Below, piece by piece: positions 20,006-29,463 of a stretch of 64,000 nt of DNA. This stretch comes from Planctomycetota bacterium (GTDB taxonomy: Bacteria > Planctomycetota > GCA-002687715 > CAIWVZ01). The stretch is taken from the NCBI GenBank assembly GCA_044222185.1, contig JBGANV010000004.1, forward strand, positions 416,001 through 480,000, read 5' to 3'. Position 1 is the stretch's first letter. Each line of letters opens with the position of its first letter. The position numbers and the translations under genes are program-made. The notes below the pieces were generated by a model. That model saw only the letters and a list, made by a program, of their open reading frames with translations. It had not been told where the DNA came from and made no database searches.

Positions 20006-20407
20006 CCGGACCTCTCCTTCCGATACGTCGTCACGTCTGAGGCGACGGGACTCACGACCTCTTGCCATCGGCACGCAACCCTTCGGAAACGGAGTCCGGG
20101 TTGCCGCCGGGGTTCCCGCGGCCGCGCCCCGTGCTCCGGGTCATACCGATGATTCGCCGCCGGCATGGTCGTGGACGGGGCCGCGGGATTTGTTGCGTCG
20201 ATCGAGGACATTTCCTCATTTCGCGGCGGCGCCGACAGGCGAACGTGAACGTGCGCGGGAGGATTGCCTTGGTGGTGGCGAAGCCAGCCACGCCTGCGTG
20301 CGCGGCCGGCATCGAACCCAACCCGCGGCAACAGCTCCTTCCGCTCGGAACATCGCGGCCCGATGGCTGCGAGGGAACCGGAAGACGCTCGTCAGAAAGG
20401 AATGGCC

Positions 20408-21907
20408 ATGAGAACCATCAAGCTTCTCGCCGTGCTCGTCCTCGTCACGAGTCTCGTCGGCGCGCAGGCCACCTCATCGATCCAGGAAGGAGTCTTCACG
20501 TCACAACCCGCTTCGACCGGCCTCATCGCCAACGACCTGCCGGAAACGGTGACGATGACGTTCGCGAAACTCTCGAAGCCGGGCGCTCCGTGGATGCAGG
20601 CACGCTTCACGGAAGTCTGGCTGCAAAACGGGGCGTTCATCCGCCTCTGCGGAAACCGCGTTCAGTCGACGATCACCGCGGGCATCCCCGGCAATCCGGT
20701 CGTGCTGTCGGAGAGGATGCGAGGTGATCGCATACTCGTCGAAGTCGTCCTTCCGCAGAACGGCGTGGCGAGCGTGACGATGTCGGGCTTCGACAGCGGC
20801 ATTCCGCCGATGCCGACGGCGAGCGACTCGCTGTGCGACCTGCACTGGGGACAGGATCACCGGCTGTACTCGGTCGACTCCAAGGTCGGCCGCATGCTCG
20901 TCACGACCGCGACCGGCGTGAACGTCTTCACGGCATTCCTGGTCGACGACAGCGTGTTGCTGACTGCCGGGCACTGCCTCGCTGGCGCCGTCGCGGTGAC
21001 GATGGAATTCAACTGCCCGCTGTCGGACGCGATGGGCAACATCATGCCGTGCGGCCCGCAGGACGTGTACGTGGCCGACATGCAGACGCTGTTTGCCGTG
21101 GACAACGGCGTTTGCGAGGACTACGGCGGGTTCCGTTGCTTCAACAACGTGCTGACCAATCTTCCGCCGGGCCTCGTTCAGAGCCACAACGCGACCAAGA
21201 TCCCGCCGCTCCCGATCACGCTCGTCGAGGTGAACGGTTACGGGCCAGTCGTGCCGGCGACCGGCGTGAACATGGTCTTCAATCGGACGCTCCGCACGCA
21301 CGTCGATGCCCTCGTTCCAGCGCCCCCGGGCTGCCTGTGGTACGAGGTCGACACGGCGGAGTTAGGCAACGACGGGTCGCCGGTCCACGACGTGTTCGAT
21401 GAACACGTCATCGGCATCCACACCATGGGCGGATGCAACGAGCTGGGCGTGCGGAACAAGGGAACGCCGATCGACAACCCGGGGCTCGTCGCACACGCGG
21501 CGGCTCTCGGCGTCGTCATCCCGACCCCGACGGTTCCGCCTTCGACCCACAAGATCTTCATGTGGCAGGGCAGCGGTGATGCGCCGATCTACGGACAAGT
21601 CTCGGGCGTGCCGGCTCATGCCGAGCTGTTCAACGTGTTCTCGCTGCTTCCGGCGAATCCCACGGGAAGCGGCCCGCTCTTCGGTCTGAACGACGGCATC
21701 GGCAGCGCCGATCCACTGGCGCAGGCCGCGTCGCCGCTCGGCACGCCGCCATTCCACGTCATGGCGGATCAGAATGGTCGCTACCTGCTCTGGGTGCCGA
21801 CAGCCGCCCCATCGCTGACGCTGAACATGGACATGATCTCCGTCGCGCTGCTCCCAGGCGGCGGAATCTCCGTGTCCGATGCCATCAACGTGACCGTGCG
21901 CCTCTGA
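20408..21907 (+). CDS. Secreted trypsin-like (S1) protease homolog, probably inactive
   Basis: Signal peptide; LLTAGHC, EDYG, DT..GNDGSPV (Ser to Asp), VIGIHT. Confidence 0.8.
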   Translation: MRTIKLLAVLVLVTSLVGAQATSSIQEGVFTSQPASTGLIANDLPETVTMTFAKLSKPGAPWMQARFTEVWLQNGAFIRLCGNRVQSTITAGIPGNPVVLSERMRGDRILVEVVLPQNGVASVTMSGFDSGIPPMPTASDSLCDLHWGQDHRLYSVDSKVGRMLVTTATGVNVFTAFLVDDSVLLTAGHCLAGAVAVTMEFNCPLSDAMGNIMPCGPQDVYVADMQTLFAVDNGVCEDYGGFRCFNNVLTNLPPGLVQSHNATKIPPLPITLVEVNGYGPVVPATGVNMVFNRTLRTHVDALVPAPPGCLWYEVDTAELGNDGSPVHDVFDEHVIGIHTMGGCNELGVRNKGTPIDNPGLVAHAAALGVVIPTPTVPPSTHKIFMWQGSGDAPIYGQVSGVPAHAELFNVFSLLPANPTGSGPLFGLNDGIGSADPLAQAASPLGTPPFHVMADQNGRYLLWVPTAAPSLTLNMDMISVALLPGGGISVSDAINVTVRL

Positions 21908-22005
21908 CTCCGGTCGGCATGCGTCGCCTCGGCGTCGCATGAGTGCGCGCGCCCCCGTTCACGGGTTCCCGTGTACGGGGGCGCTTTCGTCGAACGAACC
22001 CGCCG

Positions 22006-22509
22006 TCACACTTGGGCGAGCCCCGCGCGGATCGCGAACCGCACCAGGTCCATGCGCGACTCGACTCCGAGCTTGCGCAAGATGTGCGCCTGGTGGGCGT
22101 CGATGGTCTTCACACTGAGGAACAGCGCGGCGGCGATCTGCTTGCGGGCGAGTCCGCGACCGATCAGGCGCAGAACCTCGAGTTCGCGTCGGGTGAGGGT
22201 CGTCCGGCTCGGAGCCGGCGGGGCGGCGCCGGGGGTCGCGAGTTCGGGCGCTGCCGACTCGTCCACGTGGAGCTGGTTCACGAACGCGCGGATGCGCCCG
22301 ACGTCCGTCCGGATGGCGTCGAGGTGGCCGCTCCGTTCGCTGGCGGCCGTGGCCGAGTCCTTCAGGGCATCGACGTGCGATTGAATGTCGGTGAGGAGTT
22401 CCGCCGGATCCGACGGCTCGTTCGAGGTCGCAGGTTTCGGATGGACCGCCGGCTCGCTGGAAACGATGCCGAATCGTGTGATCGCTTCGAGCGTGCGTGG
22501 TTCGATCAT
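22006..22509 (-). CDS. LuxR-type HTH regulator without receiver domain
   Basis: LTRRELEVLRLIGRG..IAAALFLSVKTIDAH..KLG. Confidence 0.85.
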   Translation of the reverse strand: MIEPRTLEAITRFGIVSSEPAVHPKPATSNEPSDPAELLTDIQSHVDALKDSATAASERSGHLDAIRTDVGRIRAFVNQLHVDESAAPELATPGAAPPAPSRTTLTRRELEVLRLIGRGLARKQIAAALFLSVKTIDAHQAHILRKLGVESRMDLVRFAIRAGLAQV

Positions 22510-22771
22510 GACCGGACCCCTCCGAGCGCTGGCTGCCACGTGCCTGCGCACATCGGTCATAGCGGCCCGTCGGGAACGGTCGCACTCGGAGATGTGCGCA
22601 GCTCGCGCATCGTGCGGATCGCGCCACGCCGATCGGCCTTTGTGCGCATGCGGCGGGCAACCTCCGTGACGGCGGGTGGTTCAGGCGCGGCTCGCCAGTG
22701 GCGTCGCGAATCCAAGAAGACGCGATCTCGATCGTGTCGCTTTTGGCGACTTCCGCCACGGAGCACCAGCC

Positions 22772-24259
22772 ATGAACGTCCGCGGTTGCACGCGCGGATT
22801 TGCGGTTTCAGCGATCGTCCTGGCCGCCTGGGGTCTTCCGGCACAGACGTCGCGCCCCGTGGACTCGGCGCCGGCGCCGAACGGCACCTTCGTACGTGTC
22901 ACCTGGGATCACGGTGAGTCCGTCGAGATCCATGGCGACGGAATCGGGAGGTTCACGAGGCATGCGGACGACGGGTGGGTCGTCCGCCAGGTTCAGATGA
23001 CGCCGGACGCCGTCACCGCGCTGGGGCTGGAGGCGGAGCGCATCGGCTTCTTCGACCTTCCGAACTTCGTCCATCGCGAGTGGGCCCACTCGTCTGAGTT
23101 CATCATCGAAGTGCACTTCCGAGGGCTCGAGCACCGCGTGAGGATCGACTCGCGCAGCAAGTCGGTGCCCGACGAACTCTGGGCGTTCAAGAAGCGGATC
23201 TACGAGGTGTCGGGAGCCGAGGTGTTCAGACATCTGCCCGCGCCGTTCGTCCCGATCGACCCCGTCATCCGTGATCCGACGGGTGATTGGATCGCGCGCC
23301 ACACGGACGCGGACGGCATCCCGCGGGGCTCGGCGATCCGCGCTCTCTGCGACTCCCGCCCGTCCCAGGCTTGTGGCGGAGTGGGCGATCCGGCGCTCGA
23401 CCTGGGGACGGCCGCGCTCGCGTCCTCGTCGCGCCGCATGGACGCGAAGGCGCAGCGTGCGGCGCTGGCGCGACTGCGGTTCTTCCTGGCGCAACAACGG
23501 GCGGACGGTTCGTTCGGGGATCCCTCGCAGGAGTTCGCGTCGCTCACGCAGGTCTGGGTGACGGCGGCGCCCTGGCAGTTTCACGCGAACGAGCCGCGGG
23601 CCGCGACGCATCGTGCGATCCGACGGAGCGTGGAGTTCGTCGCGGCGCGGCTCCGCCCGGACGGCGCGTGGGCTGGTCCCGCGCGCCTGGACGACGGCGA
23701 CCTGATCTCCACGACGTGGGCCTTGTTCGTGATGAACGCCGCCCGCGGCGCTGGGATTCCCGTCGACGAAGAGGCCGAGGCGCGCGCGCGGCGGTTCGTC
23801 CTCGGCGCGAGTTCCGAGGGTCCGTCTGCGGGGGGAACGGATTCGTCTCCCGTGACGGCACCGCTGCGGGAGTTTCGTCGCGCCGGCATGCGCATCTGCG
23901 CTGCCCGCTGGGGCGGCGCCAGAATCGAGGATGCCGCCGTGCAGCGCGATCTCGAACGGCTCATGGCCGTGTCTCGGCCCTGGAGCGCGGCGCGTGCGGG
24001 GGTCGACTGGAACGCGCTGTGGTTCGGCGTGATGGCGACGGAGTCCACCACGGGCGGGCCCGATCGATGGCGCGACGAAATGCGCGAGTTTCTGTCGCGG
24101 AGCGCCGCTGCGCACGGCTGTGCCGCGGGGAGCTTCGAGCCTTCGGGGCCGCTCGCGGACGCATTCGGTCGCCTCGGGTCGACGGCGATGGCGCGCCTGT
24201 GCGAGGCGGCGCTCCTTCACAGGGGGTCGTCGTCAGCTCCGCGGAAATCGGGTGGCTGA
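22772..24259 (+). CDS. Secreted protein with prenyltransferase/squalene-cyclase-like repeats
   Basis: Signal peptide; FLAQQRADGSF, RPDGAW, GRLGSTAM. Confidence 0.7.
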   Translation: MNVRGCTRGFAVSAIVLAAWGLPAQTSRPVDSAPAPNGTFVRVTWDHGESVEIHGDGIGRFTRHADDGWVVRQVQMTPDAVTALGLEAERIGFFDLPNFVHREWAHSSEFIIEVHFRGLEHRVRIDSRSKSVPDELWAFKKRIYEVSGAEVFRHLPAPFVPIDPVIRDPTGDWIARHTDADGIPRGSAIRALCDSRPSQACGGVGDPALDLGTAALASSSRRMDAKAQRAALARLRFFLAQQRADGSFGDPSQEFASLTQVWVTAAPWQFHANEPRAATHRAIRRSVEFVAARLRPDGAWAGPARLDDGDLISTTWALFVMNAARGAGIPVDEEAEARARRFVLGASSEGPSAGGTDSSPVTAPLREFRRAGMRICAARWGGARIEDAAVQRDLERLMAVSRPWSAARAGVDWNALWFGVMATESTTGGPDRWRDEMREFLSRSAAAHGCAAGSFEPSGPLADAFGRLGSTAMARLCEAALLHRGSSSAPRKSGG

Positions 24260-24273
24260 CGCCGCGTCGCGAA

Positions 24274-25428
24274 TCAGCGCGCCTTCTTCGGTGGAACGAG
24301 CAGGTCCTTCAGCCCGACGAGCGCCGAGGCCAACGGCAGGATGTCGATGCCGTCGTCATGCATCGAGCGAGTCCCCGGGTGAAGGAGACAGGCCCTCGCT
24401 TCCGGGTAGTCGGCGCGGAATGCGCGCAGACCCGCCGTGTCCTCGGCACGGACGCGGGCCGTACGGGCCACTTCGATCGCGACGAACCCGTTCTCGCCGT
24501 AGAGGACGAAGTCGACTTCGTGGCCCTGCGCCGTGCGCCAATGGCTCAACGTGAATCCGAGATCGTGGTAGTCGTTGATGGCGCAGAGCTGCTGCATCAC
24601 GAGCGTCTCCAGCGCCGGTCCGTCGATTTCCTCCGCCGAATCGAGGGGACCTCGCGGACGGATCGCCCGGAAAACCCCGGCATCGAAGAAGTAGAACTTC
24701 GGGTGGGCTGCCATGCGTCGCTTGGCGCGCCGCGTGAAGACCGGAACCCGCACGCCGAGCAGGAGGTCGTCGAGGATCTGGAAGTAGTTCTCCGCGACCT
24801 TCGATCCGACGGAGGCGTCGCGCCCGACTCCGGCCATGTTGAGCTGTGCACCCTGCGAGAAGCTCGCGGCCTCGAGGAAGCGACTGAAGGCCGCCAGGTT
24901 CCGCGTCAATCCTTCCTGCTGGACCTCCTCGCGCAGGTAGGTCGTGACGTAGCTCTTGAGGTAGTCCGCCGGCGCGTCCGTCGTGCATGCGAACGGCAGA
25001 CAACCAAATCGGACGGCTCGGCGAAGATCGAACGTGTCGCCGAGTTCGCTCGCGGTCAGCGGGTACATGTGTCGGGTGAGCGCGCGTCCGGCAAGCAGAT
25101 TCACGCCTTTCTGGCGAAGCTTGCGGGCGCTCGATCCGGTCATCGCAAACTTGAGTTTCCGTTTCTCGATCAGGCGGTGGACCTCGTTCAGGAGTTCGGG
25201 GACTCGCTGGACTTCGTCGATCACCACCCAGCCCCGGTGGTCCTTGGGGATCATGGCGTCGAGTCGAGAGGGATCGGCGACGAGCGGCGAGAACACGCCC
25301 GCATCCAGGAGGTCGAACCTCAGGGCGTCGGGCATGACCTGTTGGAGCCAGACCGTCTTGCCTGTTCCCCTCGGACCGAGGAGGAAGAAGCTCTGACGGT
25401 CCGGCGGCTGCAGCAATCGCGAATACAT
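24274..25428 (-). CDS. AAA_14/DUF4143 ATPase with C-terminal PD-(D/E)xK-like domain
   Basis: GPRGTGKT, IDEVQR, TGSS, LAGR, PKFYFFDAG, EVDFV..AIEV. Confidence 0.9.
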   Translation of the reverse strand: MYSRLLQPPDRQSFFLLGPRGTGKTVWLQQVMPDALRFDLLDAGVFSPLVADPSRLDAMIPKDHRGWVVIDEVQRVPELLNEVHRLIEKRKLKFAMTGSSARKLRQKGVNLLAGRALTRHMYPLTASELGDTFDLRRAVRFGCLPFACTTDAPADYLKSYVTTYLREEVQQEGLTRNLAAFSRFLEAASFSQGAQLNMAGVGRDASVGSKVAENYFQILDDLLLGVRVPVFTRRAKRRMAAHPKFYFFDAGVFRAIRPRGPLDSAEEIDGPALETLVMQQLCAINDYHDLGFTLSHWRTAQGHEVDFVLYGENGFVAIEVARTARVRAEDTAGLRAFRADYPEARACLLHPGTRSMHDDGIDILPLASALVGLKDLLVPPKKAR

Positions 25429-25429
25429 G

Positions 25430-25456
25430 ATTCGTTTTTACCATGCAAAAACGAAT
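25430..25456 (-). promoter_or_regulatory. AT-rich inverted repeat (putative operator) overlapping a likely leaderless promoter
   Basis: ATTCGTTTTT-N7-AAAAACGAAT, 1 nt from the ATG of the AAA gene. Confidence 0.6.
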
Positions 25457-25517
25457 TTGCGATTCGGAATTGCAAGGGGCCGCCGACCGGGAAGTCGAAG
25501 GCGCTGCCTATCCGTGA

Positions 25518-25841
25518 TCACCCTGCGCGCCGGTCATCCGCACGAGAATCGAGGGCTTCGTGCAAGAGGTCGATCGCCTTCAGCACGCGGTGCGTGCCCG
25601 CCGTCGAATGCGCCCCGTGGGCGAAGAGTCCGACGGAGAGCGTCACGTAGACGAGGACCGCGGCGATGAGGATCAGCCAGTGCGTTCGATCGCCGAAGTT
25701 CATGAGCAGCAGGTAGGAGACGAGGCATGCGGCCTCGACCACTCCGGCGAGGCCGATCAGCCGCTTGAAGGTCCGTTCGTTCTTCTCGATCTGGCGGAGG
25801 GCGTTTTCGCGGACGTTCGAGCCGGGTTCGGGCGCAGCCAT
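25518..25841 (-). CDS. Small two-TM membrane protein (possible anti-sigma)
   Basis: Two hydrophobic helices; directly downstream of an ECF gene, with AAGGA RBS. Confidence 0.75.
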   Translation of the reverse strand: MAAPEPGSNVRENALRQIEKNERTFKRLIGLAGVVEAACLVSYLLLMNFGDRTHWLILIAAVLVYVTLSVGLFAHGAHSTAGTHRVLKAIDLLHEALDSRADDRRAG

Positions 25842-25844
25842 GGT

Positions 25845-26399
25845 TCAGTCCTTTCGTCGGATGTCGGCGGCCGCCTTGCGCAACGAGGCCAGCCCGTATC
25901 CGAGTCGCGATTTCACCGTGCCGAGCGGGAGGTCCAACGTCTCGGCGACGTCGTCCAGGGCCATCTCCTCGAGGAAATGGAGGACGATCACGACGCGGCT
26001 CGCGGGCGAGAGCTCGTCGAGGAGGACCGGCAGCCGGTCGCGGTACTCGTCGACGGACGACGGGAGCGCTTCGGGGGCCGGCAAGAGATCGATCTCCGCA
26101 TCCACGTGCGCGCGTGCGCGGGCCCGGCTTGCGCTCGTGAGTCTGCGCGTCGCCGCACGTGCGGCGATGCGCCAGGCCCAAGGGCGAAAGAGCGCGGGAT
26201 CCCGGAGCCATCGGAGCTTCGCGTGGATCGCGAGGAAGGTCTCTTGCAGGACGTCCTCGGCTTCGTGGGAATCACCCACGAGACGCGAGACGAGTCGGTG
26301 GAGGCCGGCCTGCGCGTCGCGGAGGAGGGCGTCGAAGGCGGCGCCATCGCCCGTCTGGGCGAGCAGAACCCACCGGCTGATCGTCGTCGGAGGCGTCAT
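25845..26399 (-). CDS. ECF sigma factor
   Basis: AEDVLQETFL, FRPW, LDLPLGTVKSRL. Confidence 0.9.
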   Translation of the reverse strand: MTPPTTISRWVLLAQTGDGAAFDALLRDAQAGLHRLVSRLVGDSHEAEDVLQETFLAIHAKLRWLRDPALFRPWAWRIAARAATRRLTSASRARARAHVDAEIDLLPAPEALPSSVDEYRDRLPVLLDELSPASRVVIVLHFLEEMALDDVAETLDLPLGTVKSRLGYGLASLRKAAADIRRKD

Positions 26400-26448
26400 C
26401 GTCGTTCCGATGAGAGAGAGCCTCGGCGTGGCCGGAAGGTTCGAACGT

Positions 26449-27282
26449 TCAGATGGTTTCGAGCGGAACGTCTCCGGAGGGCGGCGGGAACGCGCGATCG
26501 AGCGTCGTGCGATCGGTCGCATCCAATTTGAGGCCGCCGGCCGCGGCATTGTCGCGGACGTGCGCCGGGGTTGAGGCCTTCGGGATCGTGACTACGCCCG
26601 GGTCCCGGATCGTCCACGCGAGCGCCACCTGCGCGGGAGTGACGCCGTGCCGACGGGCGACCTGCGCGCAGGCGGTCGTCAGGTCGATCCGCCCCTGTTC
26701 CAGTGGCGAGTACGCCATCACCGTCACCTGGCGCCGCCGGCACTCGGGCAGGAGACGCCGCTCGATGCCGCGTCGCGTGAGGTTGTAGAGCACCTGGTTC
26801 GACGTCAGATCGGCGCCGCCCGCGAGCGTCATCGTCTTCGTCATGAGGTTGACGTCGAAGTTGCTCACGCCCCAGCTGCGGATCTTGCCGGCGCCGAGGA
26901 GTTCGGTGAAGGCGCGCACGGTCTCCTGGAGCGGGTGAACGCCTTCCCAATGGAGCAGATAGATGTCGATGCGATCGGTGCGGAGGCGCTTGAGACTCTG
27001 CTCGCATGCCGCGAGGGTGCCTCGGTAGGACGCGTTCTGCGGCAGCACCTTGCTGACGAGGATCACGCCGTCGCGATGGCCCGCGATCGCTTCGCCGACG
27101 ACGGACTCGGCGCCGCCGTCCGCATACATCTCGGCGGTGTCGATGAGCGTCATGCCGAGATCGATGCCAAGCTGGAGCGCAGTGATCTCCCGCGACCGCG
27201 CCGCCGGATCCACGCCCATCTCCCACGTCCCCTGTCCGATCACCGGGACGACGATTCCGTTCCGGAGTGTGACCGTACGCAT
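26449..27282 (-). CDS. Aldo/keto reductase
   Basis: GQGTW, IDTAEMY, SLKRLRTDRIDIYLLHW, GVSNF, AYSPL, IPKA. Confidence 0.95.
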   Translation of the reverse strand: MRTVTLRNGIVVPVIGQGTWEMGVDPAARSREITALQLGIDLGMTLIDTAEMYADGGAESVVGEAIAGHRDGVILVSKVLPQNASYRGTLAACEQSLKRLRTDRIDIYLLHWEGVHPLQETVRAFTELLGAGKIRSWGVSNFDVNLMTKTMTLAGGADLTSNQVLYNLTRRGIERRLLPECRRRQVTVMAYSPLEQGRIDLTTACAQVARRHGVTPAQVALAWTIRDPGVVTIPKASTPAHVRDNAAAGGLKLDATDRTTLDRAFPPPSGDVPLETI

Positions 27283-27331
27283 GGCGGACGTTGTACCCGA
27301 AGTTGGCGCGGTGTGTGGCCGGACTCACTCG

Positions 27332-29254
27332 CTACTTGCCGGAATCGTCCGGATCGTCGCCCGGCCGCGAGTCGACTTTGCGCGGCGGGTCGAGCCGGAT
27401 CGTCACGGTCGCGCCGTTTTCGGGGATTTTGAAGTCCGGCGAGTCGAAACGGCGGCCATTACCGTCGACGACGGTGAGCCGGACGACAGTCGCGTACAGG
27501 CCGGTCACGACTGCGCGGCCATCGATGACCCTCTGGAAGAATGACGACGGCGATTCCCCGCGCGCGCACTCGAGATAACACGACCCGGACTTGACTGGTT
27601 CTCCGTGTTCGTCGATCACGGCCAGTGTGAAGCCGTGCGAAGGCGGAAGCGTCGGGATGAGTGTCCGTGCCGCTCCGGGCGGCAGGGTGACCCGTTGCGA
27701 CCACAGGGCTTCGCCCAAGAGGCTGTCATACACCTCGACGATCCATTCCGTCTTCGGGCGTACGAACACTCCACCCCAGCCGTCACCGAATTGCATGTCC
27801 GCCGCGACACTCGGGTCGGTCCCTGTCACGCGGACCACGCACGGCGTCGGGCCGAGTGTGCTTTCGGGCAGTGGGATGTTCAGGCGTGCGTACCGCTGAA
27901 CGACGACCACATGTTCCGAGACATCAGCCGGCGTGAGCTCGACCATCTCGCGTGCCGCCATGCGTTCATCCACCCACACCCGACATGGCGCGAGGACCAT
28001 CGCATCCGTACGCCCATCGGGGTCGGTCGGCCGCGCGCAAACCCTGTGAGTGGTTTCGCCGGGCGGCGCCTCGCTTTTGATTTCATACACCTCTGCGCCT
28101 TCGACTGGCTCCCCCCGGTCATCGACGACCACGATCGGGACGCGGCTGGGCATCGTCACGACGATGTCGGCCAGATCTCGCGCGCGCATGTCGACGAGTC
28201 CGATCGGGACGGTGTTCAGCGACAACGGTTCACGCGTGCAGCGATACTCGAACCGAAGTGTGCCGAGACCCATCGGGACATCGCCGAGCGGGAAGCGGAA
28301 CGTCCCATCGGATGGCGGTTCCGTCGTGTACCGCTTCCGCGTTTCGTCTGCGCACTCGATCGCGAGTTCGACCGTGACCTTCCCGGCGACGGGCGAGCCT
28401 GTACTTGCATCCACCAGTCGGCCGTGCAGCACCGGCTCGGGTTGGACTGGAATCGTCGCGGCCGCTGCCGCGGCAGACAGCTTCAGGCATCGACCGTGGA
28501 GCGTCAGCCCGTCGGTCCCCGTGGCGAGGATGTGCGGCGGATCCACGTAGACGTCGAGTTCATCCGTTGGGTCGACTTCTTCGATCGAGAACGTCCCGTC
28601 GTTTTCAGTCCAGCCGCTCGATGACACCGGCGGGCGCCGCGGGTCTCCATCGGGCCCACGGTGAACGGTTGCGTGCCAGGACACCGGCTGGTCCGGCGGC
28701 TTTCCCTCCACCGTGAACGCCGCCGTGAAGGCGTGACCGATCGGAACCACGACGCGCCGGCGTGTTGCGCCTTCGGCCAGCGGCTCGCGGAAAACCCGCA
28801 TGCCATGGGCCGCGTTCAGCGCGATCTCGATGGTGTTCGGTCCCGCTCCCGGCTCGACCCAGGCGACGCCGTGGTCGTCGGTCCATTCCTGGTCCGGCAG
28901 TCCCACGTCCGCCGGCACCTCCGGCACGAGCCGCACGAGCATGTTGGCCACGGGCTTGCCGTCGGCGAACACGGCCTCGATGCGAACCTTGCCCTCGGTC
29001 TCGGCCTCGCCGCCATCGGCCGTGAGCTGATCCAGCGAGTCATCGAAGGGAATGGCGGTCACGACCGGTGCGGTCGGCGCCGGACGTGAGGCGGGCCTGG
29101 GCGCACGTCGTGGCGGGCCTGGGATCTGCGGGGCCGCATTCGGCAGCCGCGGCCGGACCGACGGGCTCGCCCCCTCGGGCGGGACGAGCAGCCACACGGC
29201 CACCGCCGCGGCAGCGAGGATGAGTGCCAGAACCGCCAGAATCCGGATGCCCAT
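27332..29254 (-). CDS. Membrane-anchored protein with carboxypeptidase-regulatory-like repeats
   Basis: N-terminal TM and Pro-rich linker; repeated VD..G.PV.GA / TD.DG motifs. Confidence 0.75.
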   Translation of the reverse strand: MGIRILAVLALILAAAAVAVWLLVPPEGASPSVRPRLPNAAPQIPGPPRRAPRPASRPAPTAPVVTAIPFDDSLDQLTADGGEAETEGKVRIEAVFADGKPVANMLVRLVPEVPADVGLPDQEWTDDHGVAWVEPGAGPNTIEIALNAAHGMRVFREPLAEGATRRRVVVPIGHAFTAAFTVEGKPPDQPVSWHATVHRGPDGDPRRPPVSSSGWTENDGTFSIEEVDPTDELDVYVDPPHILATGTDGLTLHGRCLKLSAAAAAATIPVQPEPVLHGRLVDASTGSPVAGKVTVELAIECADETRKRYTTEPPSDGTFRFPLGDVPMGLGTLRFEYRCTREPLSLNTVPIGLVDMRARDLADIVVTMPSRVPIVVVDDRGEPVEGAEVYEIKSEAPPGETTHRVCARPTDPDGRTDAMVLAPCRVWVDERMAAREMVELTPADVSEHVVVVQRYARLNIPLPESTLGPTPCVVRVTGTDPSVAADMQFGDGWGGVFVRPKTEWIVEVYDSLLGEALWSQRVTLPPGAARTLIPTLPPSHGFTLAVIDEHGEPVKSGSCYLECARGESPSSFFQRVIDGRAVVTGLYATVVRLTVVDGNGRRFDSPDFKIPENGATVTIRLDPPRKVDSRPGDDPDDSGK

Positions 29255-29463
29255 GGAAGTCGCCCCACCAGACGTCGGAACGCGATCATGGTGACGAGGG
29301 TGCCGATGTGGGCCGCCTGAGTCCTTTGGCGACCCCGGATCCGCGCAGAAAGTCCGTCGCCGGACCCTGTCGGCAGCGGCGGGGAGGTTGGTAGCGTGGC
29401 GCCCCGCCAAGGCCGGCGATCGGCTTTGCCCGCGGGACCTTCCAACCCGCTCCCGGAGCCTCC

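Noticed and set aside
20070-20110. Hairpin with GAAA resembling a c-di-GMP riboswitch
   Set aside because: Lacks the GGCAAAC/GACGCAAAG consensus and second stem; cannot be supported without a covariance search
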